Shown here one piece after another: positions 1 to 11,600 of a DNA stretch of 64,000 bases. The notes under the pieces are model-generated. The model had not been told where the DNA came from, did no database searches, and saw nothing but the letters and a program-made list of their open reading frames with translations. Origin of the DNA: Euprymna scolopes. Taxonomy: Eukaryota. The DNA lies in NCBI GenBank assembly GCA_053919585.1, contig CM132817.1. One strand, written 5' to 3'. Made by a program: the position numbers and the translations under genes. Position 1 is the first letter of the stretch. Each line of letters opens with the position of its first letter.

Positions 1-7
1 TACCGAC

Positions 8-330
8 CAACAGTATGAATTTAGGCAAGTTCGCTTTACTGCAATGGCAACATATATACCGCGCACTGGATAAGGTATGGGGAGGCTGTGACAGTAGGTA
101 TTGATATAACTAATGCCTTTGACAAAGGTCTAGCACGAAGGTCTTCTTTTTAAATGTGTTACAGAACGAATACTTAATAGAATAAAATGCTTCTTAGCAT
201 GGGAAACAGTCATGTTGTCCCCAAGAGTCGTACGTCAAATTAACACGACAAGACTCTTGGACCACGGATTCATTAAGGATTACTCCCTTCTCCTTATCAG
301 TATATTTCTCCACTGGCTCTATTCAGTAAA
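8..330 (+). pseudogene. Decayed reverse-transcriptase fragment of a CR1-group non-LTR retrotransposon
   Basis: Hand translation gives QQYEFRQVRFT (cf. QYGFRxxRST) and VGIDITNAFDK..HEGLLFK (cf. LDISKAFDRVWHxGLLxK), broken by frameshifts. The right boundary is approximate. Confidence 0.55.
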
Positions 331-2447
331 ATCTCTCTTCTGGTCTATTCACATCGTCGATCTTGCCTTTGAAAGATACGACCGTTGACGTCATTTTGAA
401 AGATATGACGACTTTACGTTCTTTCACGGCCGTCATGGTCATATGGTCACACTAGGTGTTTCCCAGAGTAATTCGCACTTCCTCTTCCGTTAGTTTACCT
501 GGACCAAACCTCAACGTGACTCTCTCTCTCCACCTAAATCCAGTATTATCACATTACCCAGCCCATCAGCTACATAGAGATTTCCTCCTTACTCGTGATT
601 CCTTCTTCCAACTCAGTATTTTGTACATCTTCATGGTTTTGTTCCCCAATCCCTACCTCAGCTGGTACTGTTGACTCATCTATACTCAGCTGCTCTGTAG
701 ACATTTCCTGTCTTTTCCCTTTACCCCCTTTTTTTCAAGTATACTCTGTAACCGTGCTTTTCGTAGTTTCACACAACCAACAATACACGACAGTGGCCGT
801 CAACAACAACCGAACATTCAACAGAATAAAAGTCCCCAAAGTAAAAAACAAAAACAAAAAAAACACCTACGTAGGTCCAAATGAGATCCGGTCCTCTGGT
901 GAATACCTATTGTGTTGTGTTCGTTGCGTCAACAGCTCCAACTATAACATAGAAAAGTTATTGTTTCCAACCACGGAGTGCCACGGCATATAATACGCTA
1001 ATTGAAAACTCTGCGGTCAAACTTCTAGGTTTCACATTCGCAGTTACTATTAATTGGATCAGACACATTGAGGACATTGTCTAGGTCTTGTCTAGTGGGT
1101 ACATATTGGAGAACATATAACGAGTCCCTCAGAACAGGGATGACGACGATGATGACAATACTGAAGGAGTGACATTTATATTCGTGGTATATCACGACTC
1201 TGACGATTCTTGAGGAGATACATTATTGATGATGGTGGGGACACATTACTTGGAAGGGTGTTATACAAAGTTCGTTAAAGATGATGATAAACAAAACACA
1301 TTTACCTTTCAGTTTGTGGAATGATGACACGAAGAAAAACAGTTACAAAATATTAGATGATTTCTTTATTTCTCAGCCGGCCGATTGATGATGTCAGGAA
1401 TTCAAACTTGTATAGCTACATTGTCTCTCTTCCACCCTTCGCCTCTAAGAGCATCAGGTTCACTCTTTGACCCCCCTCTCTATCTCTTTCTCTATCTCTC
1501 TCTCTGAGTGTAACCCTCTTATTGTATCCTCTAACTTCGAAATCGCCTTTGACGTCAGAATGTGGCTCTTCTACGTGAATAAATTTCACGTGGATTTTAC
1601 ATATGTCTGTCCAACACTCTTTTGGCAAGCAATGAATTCCCAATTTTAATTATTCAATATTTAACCTATTTTTAATCATTATCTATAAAGTCGCATTGTC
1701 TATTCTTTTAACTGATACGTGCCTTTTTACTTTCATAAGAATGGGAAAGCCCTTTCTATGTAACATGGGTTCCTACGAAGACAGACTCTCCATACCGAGC
1801 TAGGAAGCTGCTTGTACCTTAGAGTATCTTATATATCTGCATTGCCAACATCTGCTCATGCATATATTGCTGCCACATCTGTGCTGGTGCATCTGTCACA
1901 AGTCTCTCGCACTTCCATTGAGTTCCCCAAAATGACCCAATTACAGGACTTGCATTCGAAACCAAATTTCAGCCGTTAATATTATCAACGAATGTTATCA
2001 AAATATTGCGTCCATGTGTCTGGTTCACAAGTATTTAATCGAATCTGTCTCAACGAACTCAATGTACTTGTCCTCTTCGACGTAAATGCTTCCGACTAAT
2101 CCGACAACCAGCAAAATTCCACTCATGAGCGGTAGAGATCCCGAGATGCTGAAAAGCCTTCTACTCTAATAGTTTCTTCTACCGAACTGCTAGCGTTTCA
2201 AATTCCTTATAGACTACCTGATTCCCTGACAATACTGACGTGCAGAAGTTAAAGTTTAGTATGAACAGACCTTTCGCTGCTCAACTCCCTACTCAGTATA
2301 TCATATAGTAGCCCCTTACGTCCAAGAAGTACTGTGACTTGTTTCGGATGAAATATAAGTAAAACAATTACGAACCGTATGAACGTGTTTCCTTTAATTT
2401 CTTTTAATAGAAAGATATTTTCCGTGGTTACTCACCGGTAGTAGCCG

Positions 2448-2520
<73 letters not shown>

Positions 2521-2949
2521 TGTGTGTATGTGTGTGTGTAAACAATGTAAATGAAAAAAATAATAATACTGTGAATAAGTATCTGATAAAAAAGTAGGCA
2601 AGTAAAGTTGAAGCAGAGAAATATCTATTGATGTAAGTAATTGACGCATTGATAATGTCCAGCGTGCTTATGACACAACCAACGCTTTGCTTTAAATCAC
2701 AGTGTTTGGACATTTGAAAAGAAGTTGTTTTCAAAAGTAAATTATAGTCTTGCAGAGTTTGAAGTTCTTTCCTTACCGAGACGACATTATGTCTAATATC
2801 ATATATATGCTAACTGCCTTGATATGTGTAGCCATTCACATATTTAAGCAGTTCTTACATTTATACCTATCTAATTACGGACATACCTATGTTCCTACTC
2901 GACTCTTCTATACTTATCAATATTCTTTTCATAGCAAAGAATATATATG

Positions 2950-2985
<36 letters not shown>

Positions 2986-3379
2986 GTCTAAATAAAATAA
3001 TATGCATAATAATATAAATAAAAACTATAAATAATATATATATATACATGGAAGTTCTTTCCATTTCACTTATTGCAATAGTTTTTAACCGTATTGAGAG
3101 GTACCTTTATGTATATGTATGTAACTTTTATCCTTATCTACTAAACTTTTCTTATAGCTTGTTCCTCTTAATTGAGTAGAGCTTTATCTATTCGAAATTC
3201 CCATTTTTTTAAGTGGAAAATATTTCTCTATAGTNNNNNNNNNNNNNNNNNNNNNNNNNNNNNNNNNNNNNNNNNNNNNNNNNNNNNNNNNNNNNNNNNN
3301 NNNNNNNNNNNNNNNNNNNNNNNNNNNNNNNNNNNNNNNNNNNNNNNNNNNNNNNNNNNNNNNNNNNNNNNNNNNNNNN

Positions 3380-3805
3380 GCATGCGGCCTCTCCCGACCG
3401 TTAAATGAGTTTAAATATGATATTTTAATTGGTCCAACTTTCGTATATATCATTATAGTAATAAAAAAAAACAAAGCGTATCAGGTGCCAGCAGTAAGAA
3501 TCAGAACGGAAAATACAGCATTCAAAACTTGAGTTACCACTCCACTAACTTGACACGCATATGAACTAATTCAAAATTCAAAATTAAATATTAATTAAGA
3601 TGTATGTCCGAAATGTGTAACAATTTTTTACATTTTGACCCATTTTTAACCCTGTAAAATCTATTTTAACCCATTTAAGACCCATAAAAAGAAGGACCGT
3701 AAAAATCCAATCATTTGAGGCCCCTAGCGCCGCTCTACGAAATTTAGCTTTGGAGGAAGTGGATTTTGAAAGTATGGAGACAGACAGACAAACATACATT
3801 TAGTC

Positions 3806-3815
<10 letters not shown>
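3380..3815 (-). mobile_element. Non-autonomous Helitron-like element (3' end runs into a gap)
   Basis: The minus strand starts TATATAAACGACTAAATGTATGTTTGTCTGTCTGTC, typical of Helitron 5' ends. The body is homologous to the copies at 35620-36433, the second of which ends in CTAG. Confidence 0.6.
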
Positions 3816-3864
<49 letters not shown>

Positions 3865-3946
3865 AAAGACACGGGTGGAAAGACCTATGAACTCTAAGAC
3901 GTTGTGTGGGTGTGTGTGTGTGTGTGTGTGTGTACATATATATATA

Positions 3947-4274
3947 TATGAACAAATGATTAATAAAACATGTTAAAATATATCTTGAAAAAGAGTTAAA
4001 AACATATTTAATTTTTAAAAAGGAAGCGCAAGATATTCACTTATCTTGTGCTTCCTTTTTTAAAATTAAATATGTTTTTAACTCTTTTTCAATATGTCTT
4101 TTAACATGTTTTATTAATCATTTGTTCATATTATAAGCTCTATTTCCTTTTCGGTTTTATCGAGCTCTTTACATCTGGCTGAGTTTATTTTACTTGTAAA
4201 TATTAACTCTTTAATATTTGTAATATATTTTAAGTTTACCATTTTGATTACCTTAGTAAACTTATTGTTACTTT

Positions 4275-4278
<4 letters not shown>
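3947..4278. mobile_element. Penelope-like element terminal fragment with an inverted (hairpin) junction
   Basis: ~85-bp near-perfect inverted arms centred near 4037. The same sequence recurs at 23790-23870, 26240-26780 and 32330-32537, in one case downstream of a GIY-YIG remnant. Confidence 0.6.
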
Positions 4279-4314
<36 letters not shown>

Positions 4315-5261
4315 TCTATATTTTTATAAAGTAATAGGGTTCGTATGTTTCTGTCTGTGTGTACAGCTCTCCATCATCAACGAAATATTATTGAGGTAAG
4401 AGGGTAGATCTCTCCTGGTAGAGAAACATTAGAACCCATTTTAGGATGTTTCTGTTATAGGAGACATAAGAATCTTTGCCTAATTTCTTTATATACTAGT
4501 CTACAAACCACCCCCATATCGAATGACTTATGCTCATTTGCATATCACATTATATTAAATCTCTTTAACTAATTACCTCGACCTTATTACATATTGGAAA
4601 TATTCTAATCATTTCAACTGTACTATTTACAAAATCTATTTAACATTTAATTATTTAATATATTTTCATTTAATTTTATATTCGATTTATTTCACTTTGC
4701 GTATATTATCTGAAAGGTTTACTGTTTGTGCAATCGGAGATTTACGTCATTACATGTTGTCTGTAATAGATATTTTTCTTTTTATTGGATTTTTTTTCCA
4801 CTTATTTTTATTATTAAATTTACCTTTTTAAAAAAAATAACAATATGAAAATGTTTATAATTTTAAGTTCTGGTGCTTACGCATTAACACTTTTTTTTAA
4901 CCCATTTTCAAAAATAAACAATAATTTTTATTTATTTTAAGCATAACTTTATTAATACTTTTTTTTTTTATCTAAACTTGAAATTTCACAATATTTATTT
5001 AAATTCCCCCCCCCCTCCTCACACTACGAATGCCTTTCGAAATAATAACGTATTCTTTCCGCACGCTACCAAACCTACAGACATATCTACGTTTGCTCTA
5101 TCAACTGCTGGATTTTAAGTTAAAACATTAAAAAATTGAAATTAATATTAAAAAAGGTTTGTGAACAATATTTCTTTCAAAATTATTTTTTATATCACTG
5201 TTCTGTTTATATTCCTATAAATTTATATTGTGAAAATTTACCACTTACCAATAATATTGAC

Positions 5262-6723
5262 GAATTTAGGAAAACTCGTCCCGGGAAAACTCGTCTCGGG
5301 AAAACTCGTCTCCGGAAAACTCGTCTCCGGAAAACTCGTCCCCTTTCGCTAAGTAGGAAAACTGGTCCCTTATTGAATAAATATCGATTGAAAACACATT
5401 TTATGATCGTTCTTGAAGGAGATATTGCTTTTTAAAATAGACTATAGCCCCCCCATAATATTTTTAAAAAAATATTTTTATTTGTTTAATGTTTTTTTTT
5501 TTTTTTTTTTTAAATAAAATCGATTGCCCGTTTTCTACCTAACTAGCTAAGTTCTTAGTGGTTTCACTTATTTTAAAGCGTTTAATATGTTCATACAAAG
5601 TTAATTACAATTTTTTTGTTTCTTATTTTAACGATGTTTTTTGGAGTCATAAAAACAATAATAAAAAACAAAACCAAAAAATTAAAAACTGGGAGCGTTA
5701 CTTTTTTGTTTTGGTTTTTTAATTATGATAGTTTTTTGTTGTTTAGTTTTAGTTTTAAATAGAAAATAATAAATTTTAATATTTTTTTAAATATAATTTA
5801 GAGAGAGGGAGAGAGAGTGGGGGGGTTAAAACTATATCTCCCTCCGAAAAACAACCAACAAAAATGAAATTAAAAAGATTCTTGATAAACGATAGCGGAG
5901 TTTTCAATAAAATTGATTAATAAATTTATCTAGTGATTACTTTTTCTCTGAATGGTTGATTTTAGAATTTTGAAGTAAAAATTAAAAAAATTGAAAATTA
6001 GTTAACGAGAGATTGTAAGCACATGGCATCTATCGCGCCAAAAAAATATTTCGCTTTTAATTTATTAGTTAATTTTTGCAAAATTTGACAGGACGACAAT
6101 AAATGTTGATAATGGATAAAATTATAATTTTAAATAACGCATGAGTGCATTTGGTATGAGAGAAAACAAAAACATAACAACAAAAAACTATCATAATTAA
6201 AAACCAAAACAAAAAAGTAACGAAAAATCGAATCGCTCCCTGTTTTTTAATTTTTTGGTTTTGTTTTTAATTATTGTTTTTATGACTCGAAAAAACATCG
6301 TTAAAATAAGAACAAAAAAAATTTGTAATCAACTTTGTATGAACATAATAAACGCTTTAATATAAGTGAAACCACTAAGAACTTAGCCAGTTAGGTAGAA
6401 AACGGACACTTAGAAAATCGATTTTATTAAAAAAAAAAAAAAAAGAAAACATTAAACAAGTAAAAATATTTTTTAAAAATATTGGGGGGGGGCTATAGTC
6501 TATTTTAAAAAATAATATCTCCTTCAAGAATGATCATAAAATGTGTTTTCAATCGGTATTTATTCAATAAGGGACCAGTTTTCCTACCTAGCGAAAGGGG
6601 ATCAGTTTTCCGGAGACGAGTTTTCCGGAGACGTGTTTTCCCGAGACGAGTTTTCCCGAGACGAGTTTTCCCGAGACGAGTTTTCCCGAGACGAGTTTTC
6701 CCGGGACGAGTTTTCCGGCCACC
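5262..6723. mobile_element. Non-autonomous foldback/Mutator-like (MULE) element nested in the Helitron 5' region
   Basis: Long inverted arms (~5269-5743 vs ~6176-6716) have terminal 15-bp tandem repeats GGAAAACTCGTCTCS. A 9-bp imperfect direct repeat flanks the element: AATATTGAC (5253-5261) / AATATAGAC (6724-6732). Confidence 0.75.
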
Positions 6724-8399
6724 AATATAGACAGTTCAGTTCCTTCGGTATTTGTGGTACCGTTCTGAAATATTAACGTTACTATTTTGAAAGCCATGAA
6801 GGCAAAGATGTTTTGTAACTTATTTTGTGCTTCCAACTAACAATTAAAAAAAAAAATTATATCGTGAAACTTCAATTTTAGCTAAAAAAATAATGTTTAA
6901 AATAAATAAAAATTGTTAACTCTTGAAAATAGTTTAAAATTTCAAATAGTTTTCATATTTTTTATTTAGATGATCTGCTTATTTACAAAATATTGTGAAA
7001 CCTTAATTTAACCTAAAAAAATATTTAAAACATCATATTACAAGAATTACGCCCCCCCTATTTTTTTTACAAGGTTTCGGAATAATCGCCGACAACGAAT
7101 CTGATATTCAAACACTTCGCAACTGAATACTTTCGTAGATATTATTATTTTCCCAGTACAAAAGTTGGATAAAATTTTACTTTAATGCCCATATTACAGC
7201 TTGGTTCTTACAGTGCATAATTATCAATTTCTTCTACTGCTAAAACAATTTTTTGGTGAGGAAAGCTTTATGTTTTGGGATTGTATTGAAAATGTAATGG
7301 AAATTTCAATTTCGTTCCGTTTTAATCTTTTATATTTTACTTGCCAATATAATTGAAAGAATACAATTCAACTATCGTAATTTTATATAAATAAACAAAA
7401 ACAAATATTTTAAAATAAAACTTTATTAAAAAAGAAATAATTTTATTTTTAAATGAAAAAAATCAATTTAGTAAAATAATTGTATTAAACATCCCAACCT
7501 CCCCATGTTAAGTATGGCTTTCTAAATAAACACCCCCAGCCTTGTAAACCTATAAAAGTTAACATTTCGAATGTGAACAGTGATTTTTCGATTTTGTTAG
7601 CGCTTGCCGCAATTAAAGACAATTAAAACGGAACTAACTTTATTTCCATTCTATTTTTTAAACAACCCCCAAAACATAACGCTCTCTTCCAGTTATAGCC
7701 AATTTTTTTTAAATTAAATAAAACAGTTCAAAATAAACAGATAAGCGCATTTTCTTTTACATTTTTCTTACAAACAACGTTGTCATTTAACCAACTGCAG
7801 GATACCGTTACTTTTGTGGGGTTGTTTTGAAAATGGCTCGGAGATTATAATTTCGTTCCAATTTAATCTTTCTGGTCGAGCCTATTTCGAAAACCTGTCT
7901 TATCATAGATTTGAACTACAAATAATTTATTACATTTTGATTATTACTATCTTAAGACTTAAAGCTTATATTTATTTCATTTTTCTATTTATATATTGAA
8001 TTAGTTATTTCCAGTCTTATTTAAACGTAGTGCTTTCTTTAAACCGGATGAACCTTTTATAAAAATATGAGTTTAACGTAAAGAACACGAACAAGGTTTT
8101 ATTCAACTGAATTTCTTCCAGTTTACTAACAAAATATATAAATTTAAAAGAGATATAAATAATAAAATAAAAAGGTTATGTAATTTAAAAGAAATACACG
8201 TACTCACAAAAGCAGAATTTTTTTTACACATTTTTTCTTTAAAACCATAACAATGAGACTAACAATTACCTAGATCTTAGTAATTATTTGTTTTAATAGA
8301 ATTGTTTTAATTGTACTGTTTACATATATTAGTTAACCTAAGTTGGTATTACATTTATTTTACATTTACTTTTTTTTTTTAATTATTACTTTTAGACTG

Positions 8400-8533
8400 T
8401 GACGTTTACACCCGGAAGTAATGAGTCACAAGTAGGTCGCTTTTATTCATTTTTGCTACAATATAATTGTTTATTATTGTACTATTCAGAAATATTATTC
8501 AGAAATATTATTTATAGTTCGTCCATTTCAGTT
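8400..8533 (+). promoter_or_regulatory. Candidate RepHel promoter
   Basis: TGACGT (8400), CCGGAAGT ETS-like (8412) and TGAGTCA AP-1-like (8422) motifs fall within 30 bp, and an Inr-like TCAGTT lies at 8528, ~80 bp before the ATG. Motif matches only. Confidence 0.35.
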
Positions 8534-8608
8534 AGTATACATTTCCTTTACACTTAATTAATTTACAATCATTAATATCGTTAAACAATTCCGTTTAAAA
8601 CCGAAATT

Positions 8609-11600
8609 ATGCCACCCAAACGAAGTAGAAACGAAAGTGAGGAAGAAAGAATGGAAAGATTGGAAGCTAATAGACTAAGAGTTGCTGCAATTCGCTCCAA
8701 TGAAAACAATTCAGATAGAGAAAGACGTCTAGAACTTAACAGGATACGTCAAAGAGAAAGGAGAGCAAGACTGTCAGATTTGGAAAGAGAAACCCAACGT
8801 GAAGCTGACAGAACTAGACATGCTGTAAGGCGGATAAATTCATCACAAGATGAAATTCAAGAAAGGCAAAGATATGCACTGGAAAGAGAAGCAATATTAC
8901 GATCGAATGAATTATATGAGGTAAGTAGGCGTACACAAGGTCAGTTGAGAGTGGCTCAACGACATCAGAATGAATCGGAAACCCAACGAAGCTTTCGCCT
9001 ATACCAAGGGCAACAACGAGAGGCTGCATGGAGAGAGAGTATGACTTTGCCCCAGCAATTGACAGAAAACGAGGCAGCTAGACAACGAATGACTGCTTTG
9101 AGACACCATGAAATAGAACACTGCAATAGAAAAGGATTGCTCTACAACAAAAATGACTCTCTCACTACAGCTGATATAGGAAAAATGGACAAAGTATGGC
9201 AACATTGCTCAGCTGTAAAATTTAAAGGAGAAACCCCTGGTTGTTGTTGTTCTTCTGGCAAAGTTGTGCTTGATAGCTTTCCACCACTGCCTCAGTTGCT
9301 TCAAGATTTGCTCTCCGGCAATGGTCCCATCTCTAAAGATTTTCTGCAAAATCTACGCAGTTATAACAATTGTTTTGCAATGACATCATTTGGTCACAAA
9401 ATTGCGGCAGTACATGGGTGGAATCCTTCTTTTAGAATTCGAGGCCAGGTTTGCCACCAGATTGGGAGTCTTTTACCACCTGAAAATGAAACAGCAAAGT
9501 TTATTCAAGTCTACTTCTTGGATAGTCTGGAAGAGGAACTACATAATCGGGGACGTGACAGTAGACTCAATAGAGACATTCTCCGAAGTCTGACTGAATT
9601 TTTACATGAGAACAACAGCTTCATTTGTCAGCTGAAAACAACAAAGGAGAGGATTGAAGAAGAACACTTGGTAGAACATAAAGTTGTCATAAGGGAAGAC
9701 CGAAGGCCGCAAGAAGAGCATCCACGGCGATTCAATGCTCCAACAACAACGTATGAGATTGGAATATTAATGAAGAATGAACCAACAGCTAACCGGGATA
9801 TTGTCTTGCGTTTTAGAAATGATACATTAAAACGGATCTCCGAACTACATCCCCTCTACGATACTTTAATGTACCCGTTAATGTACCCCTATGGTTCTCC
9901 ATCTTACAACATCTACATGAAGGCATCCAATGGGCGAACAGTTACCCAACAGCAATTTTATTCGTACCATTTAATGACTCGGCCTGGAAACTATTTTCTC
10001 TGGTACCGAAGGCTATTTCAACAATGGCTGGTGGATGTGTACTGCAAGATTGAAACAGAACGTTTACAGTTCCTGAGGCGTGAGCAACAGACCCTGAGAG
10101 CTGACAATTATAGCAACTTGAGAGATTCAATTCTTAGGGAGGATGGGAATCCAGAACAGTTTGGTCAACGAGTTGTACTTCCGGCAACTTATACAGGAGG
10201 CCCTCGATACATGTTTGAGCGTCAAAGTGATGCCATGGCATATGTTCGGCGAATGGGCCGAGCCGACCTCTTCATCACGTTCACAACAAATCCAAAGTGG
10301 ACAGAAATTACAGAAAATTGTCTTCAAGGGCAAGACCCTCAGGATCGTCCAGATATTGTTGCCAGGGTTTTCAGGCAGAAGCTAAAAAAGTTACTTGAAT
10401 TTATTAAAAAGGGAGGATTTGGCAGGTTGAGGGCTTTCCTGTACAGTATTGAATATCAAAAAAGAGGACTGCCGCATGCACACATCCTCACCTGGCAGGC
10501 CCCAGAGGACAAACTTCTACCAGAAAAAATGGATCTCTGCATATCTGCAGAGATCCCTGACAAAGAGGAAGATCTTCATGCTAAAGTGATGGCACATATG
10601 GTGCATGGACCTTGTGGACCATTTAATCCAAATTGTCCATGTATGATTGACAACAAATGTTCCAAAAAATACCCAAAAGAATTTCTTCAATGTACCGAGC
10701 AAGGCCAAAACTCTTACCCCAAGTACAGGCGAAGAAAACCAGAAGATGGAGGCCAGACTGGTACAATACGGATGAAGAGAAATGGTCGGTATGTTAATCA
10801 AGAAATAACAAACCAGTGGATTGTTCCGTACAACAAGGTCCTCCTTCAGCAGTTCAACGCTCACATTAACGTAGAAATTTGCAGCTCGATCCAAAGCATC
10901 AAATATGTCCTCAAATACGTGAATAAAGGATGTGATCAAGCAGTGTTTGAACTACAAAGAACTGATGGAGCAGCTAACCAACAAGGCCAAGTACAAAGTC
11001 ACATTGTGGATGAGATCCAGCAGTTCCAGAATGCAAGGTATGTCGGCAGTTCAGAGGCGGCCTGGAGGATATTGGAACATCCCATCCATGAACATTTCCC
11101 CCCAATTGTACAACTTTCTGTTCATCTTGAAAATGGGCAGCGTGTCATGTTCTCAGCTGATACTGCTCTGGAACGAGCCCAAGGTCCACCGCCTGCCTCA
11201 ACTTTGACAGCATTTTTTCAACTCTGTCATGAGGATGACTTTGCAAGGGGTCTCAAATACGTAGAAGTCCCTGAGTTTTACACTTGGAACAAATCGACAA
11301 AGAAATGGATGAGAAGAATGCGTGGGGTACAAGTTGAAGGTACTGAAAATGTATGGAAGGCACCATGCATTGGGAGAATCTACACGATTAGTCCAAAAGC
11401 AGGGGAGTGTTATTTCTTACGCCTGTTGCTCAATGAGGTTACTGGTCCAACTTCATTTCAAGATTTGCGAGCATACAATGGTCAGGTGTTTGAAACATAC
11501 AGAGCAGCGTGCCTTGCTCGAGGCCTTCTAGAAAATGACCATCACTTGCATCAAGCAGTAGGAGAGGCAAGTGCCACTCAATCACCTTCAAATTTGCGAA

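Noticed and set aside
2428-3064. ORFs with YIYIYI, LLLL, NNNN, ERER or XXXX runs here and throughout the window
   Set aside because: These are microsatellite or assembly-gap artefacts.
5269-5345. Short direct repeats resembling a CRISPR array
   Set aside because: There are no unique spacers and no cas genes, and the context is eukaryotic.
6530-6836. ORFs with repeated peptides (RRVFP / SRDEF / SGKLV), and 5136-5435 (KTRL)
   Set aside because: These are translations of the 15-bp terminal DNA repeats of the foldback element, open in several frames, not proteins.
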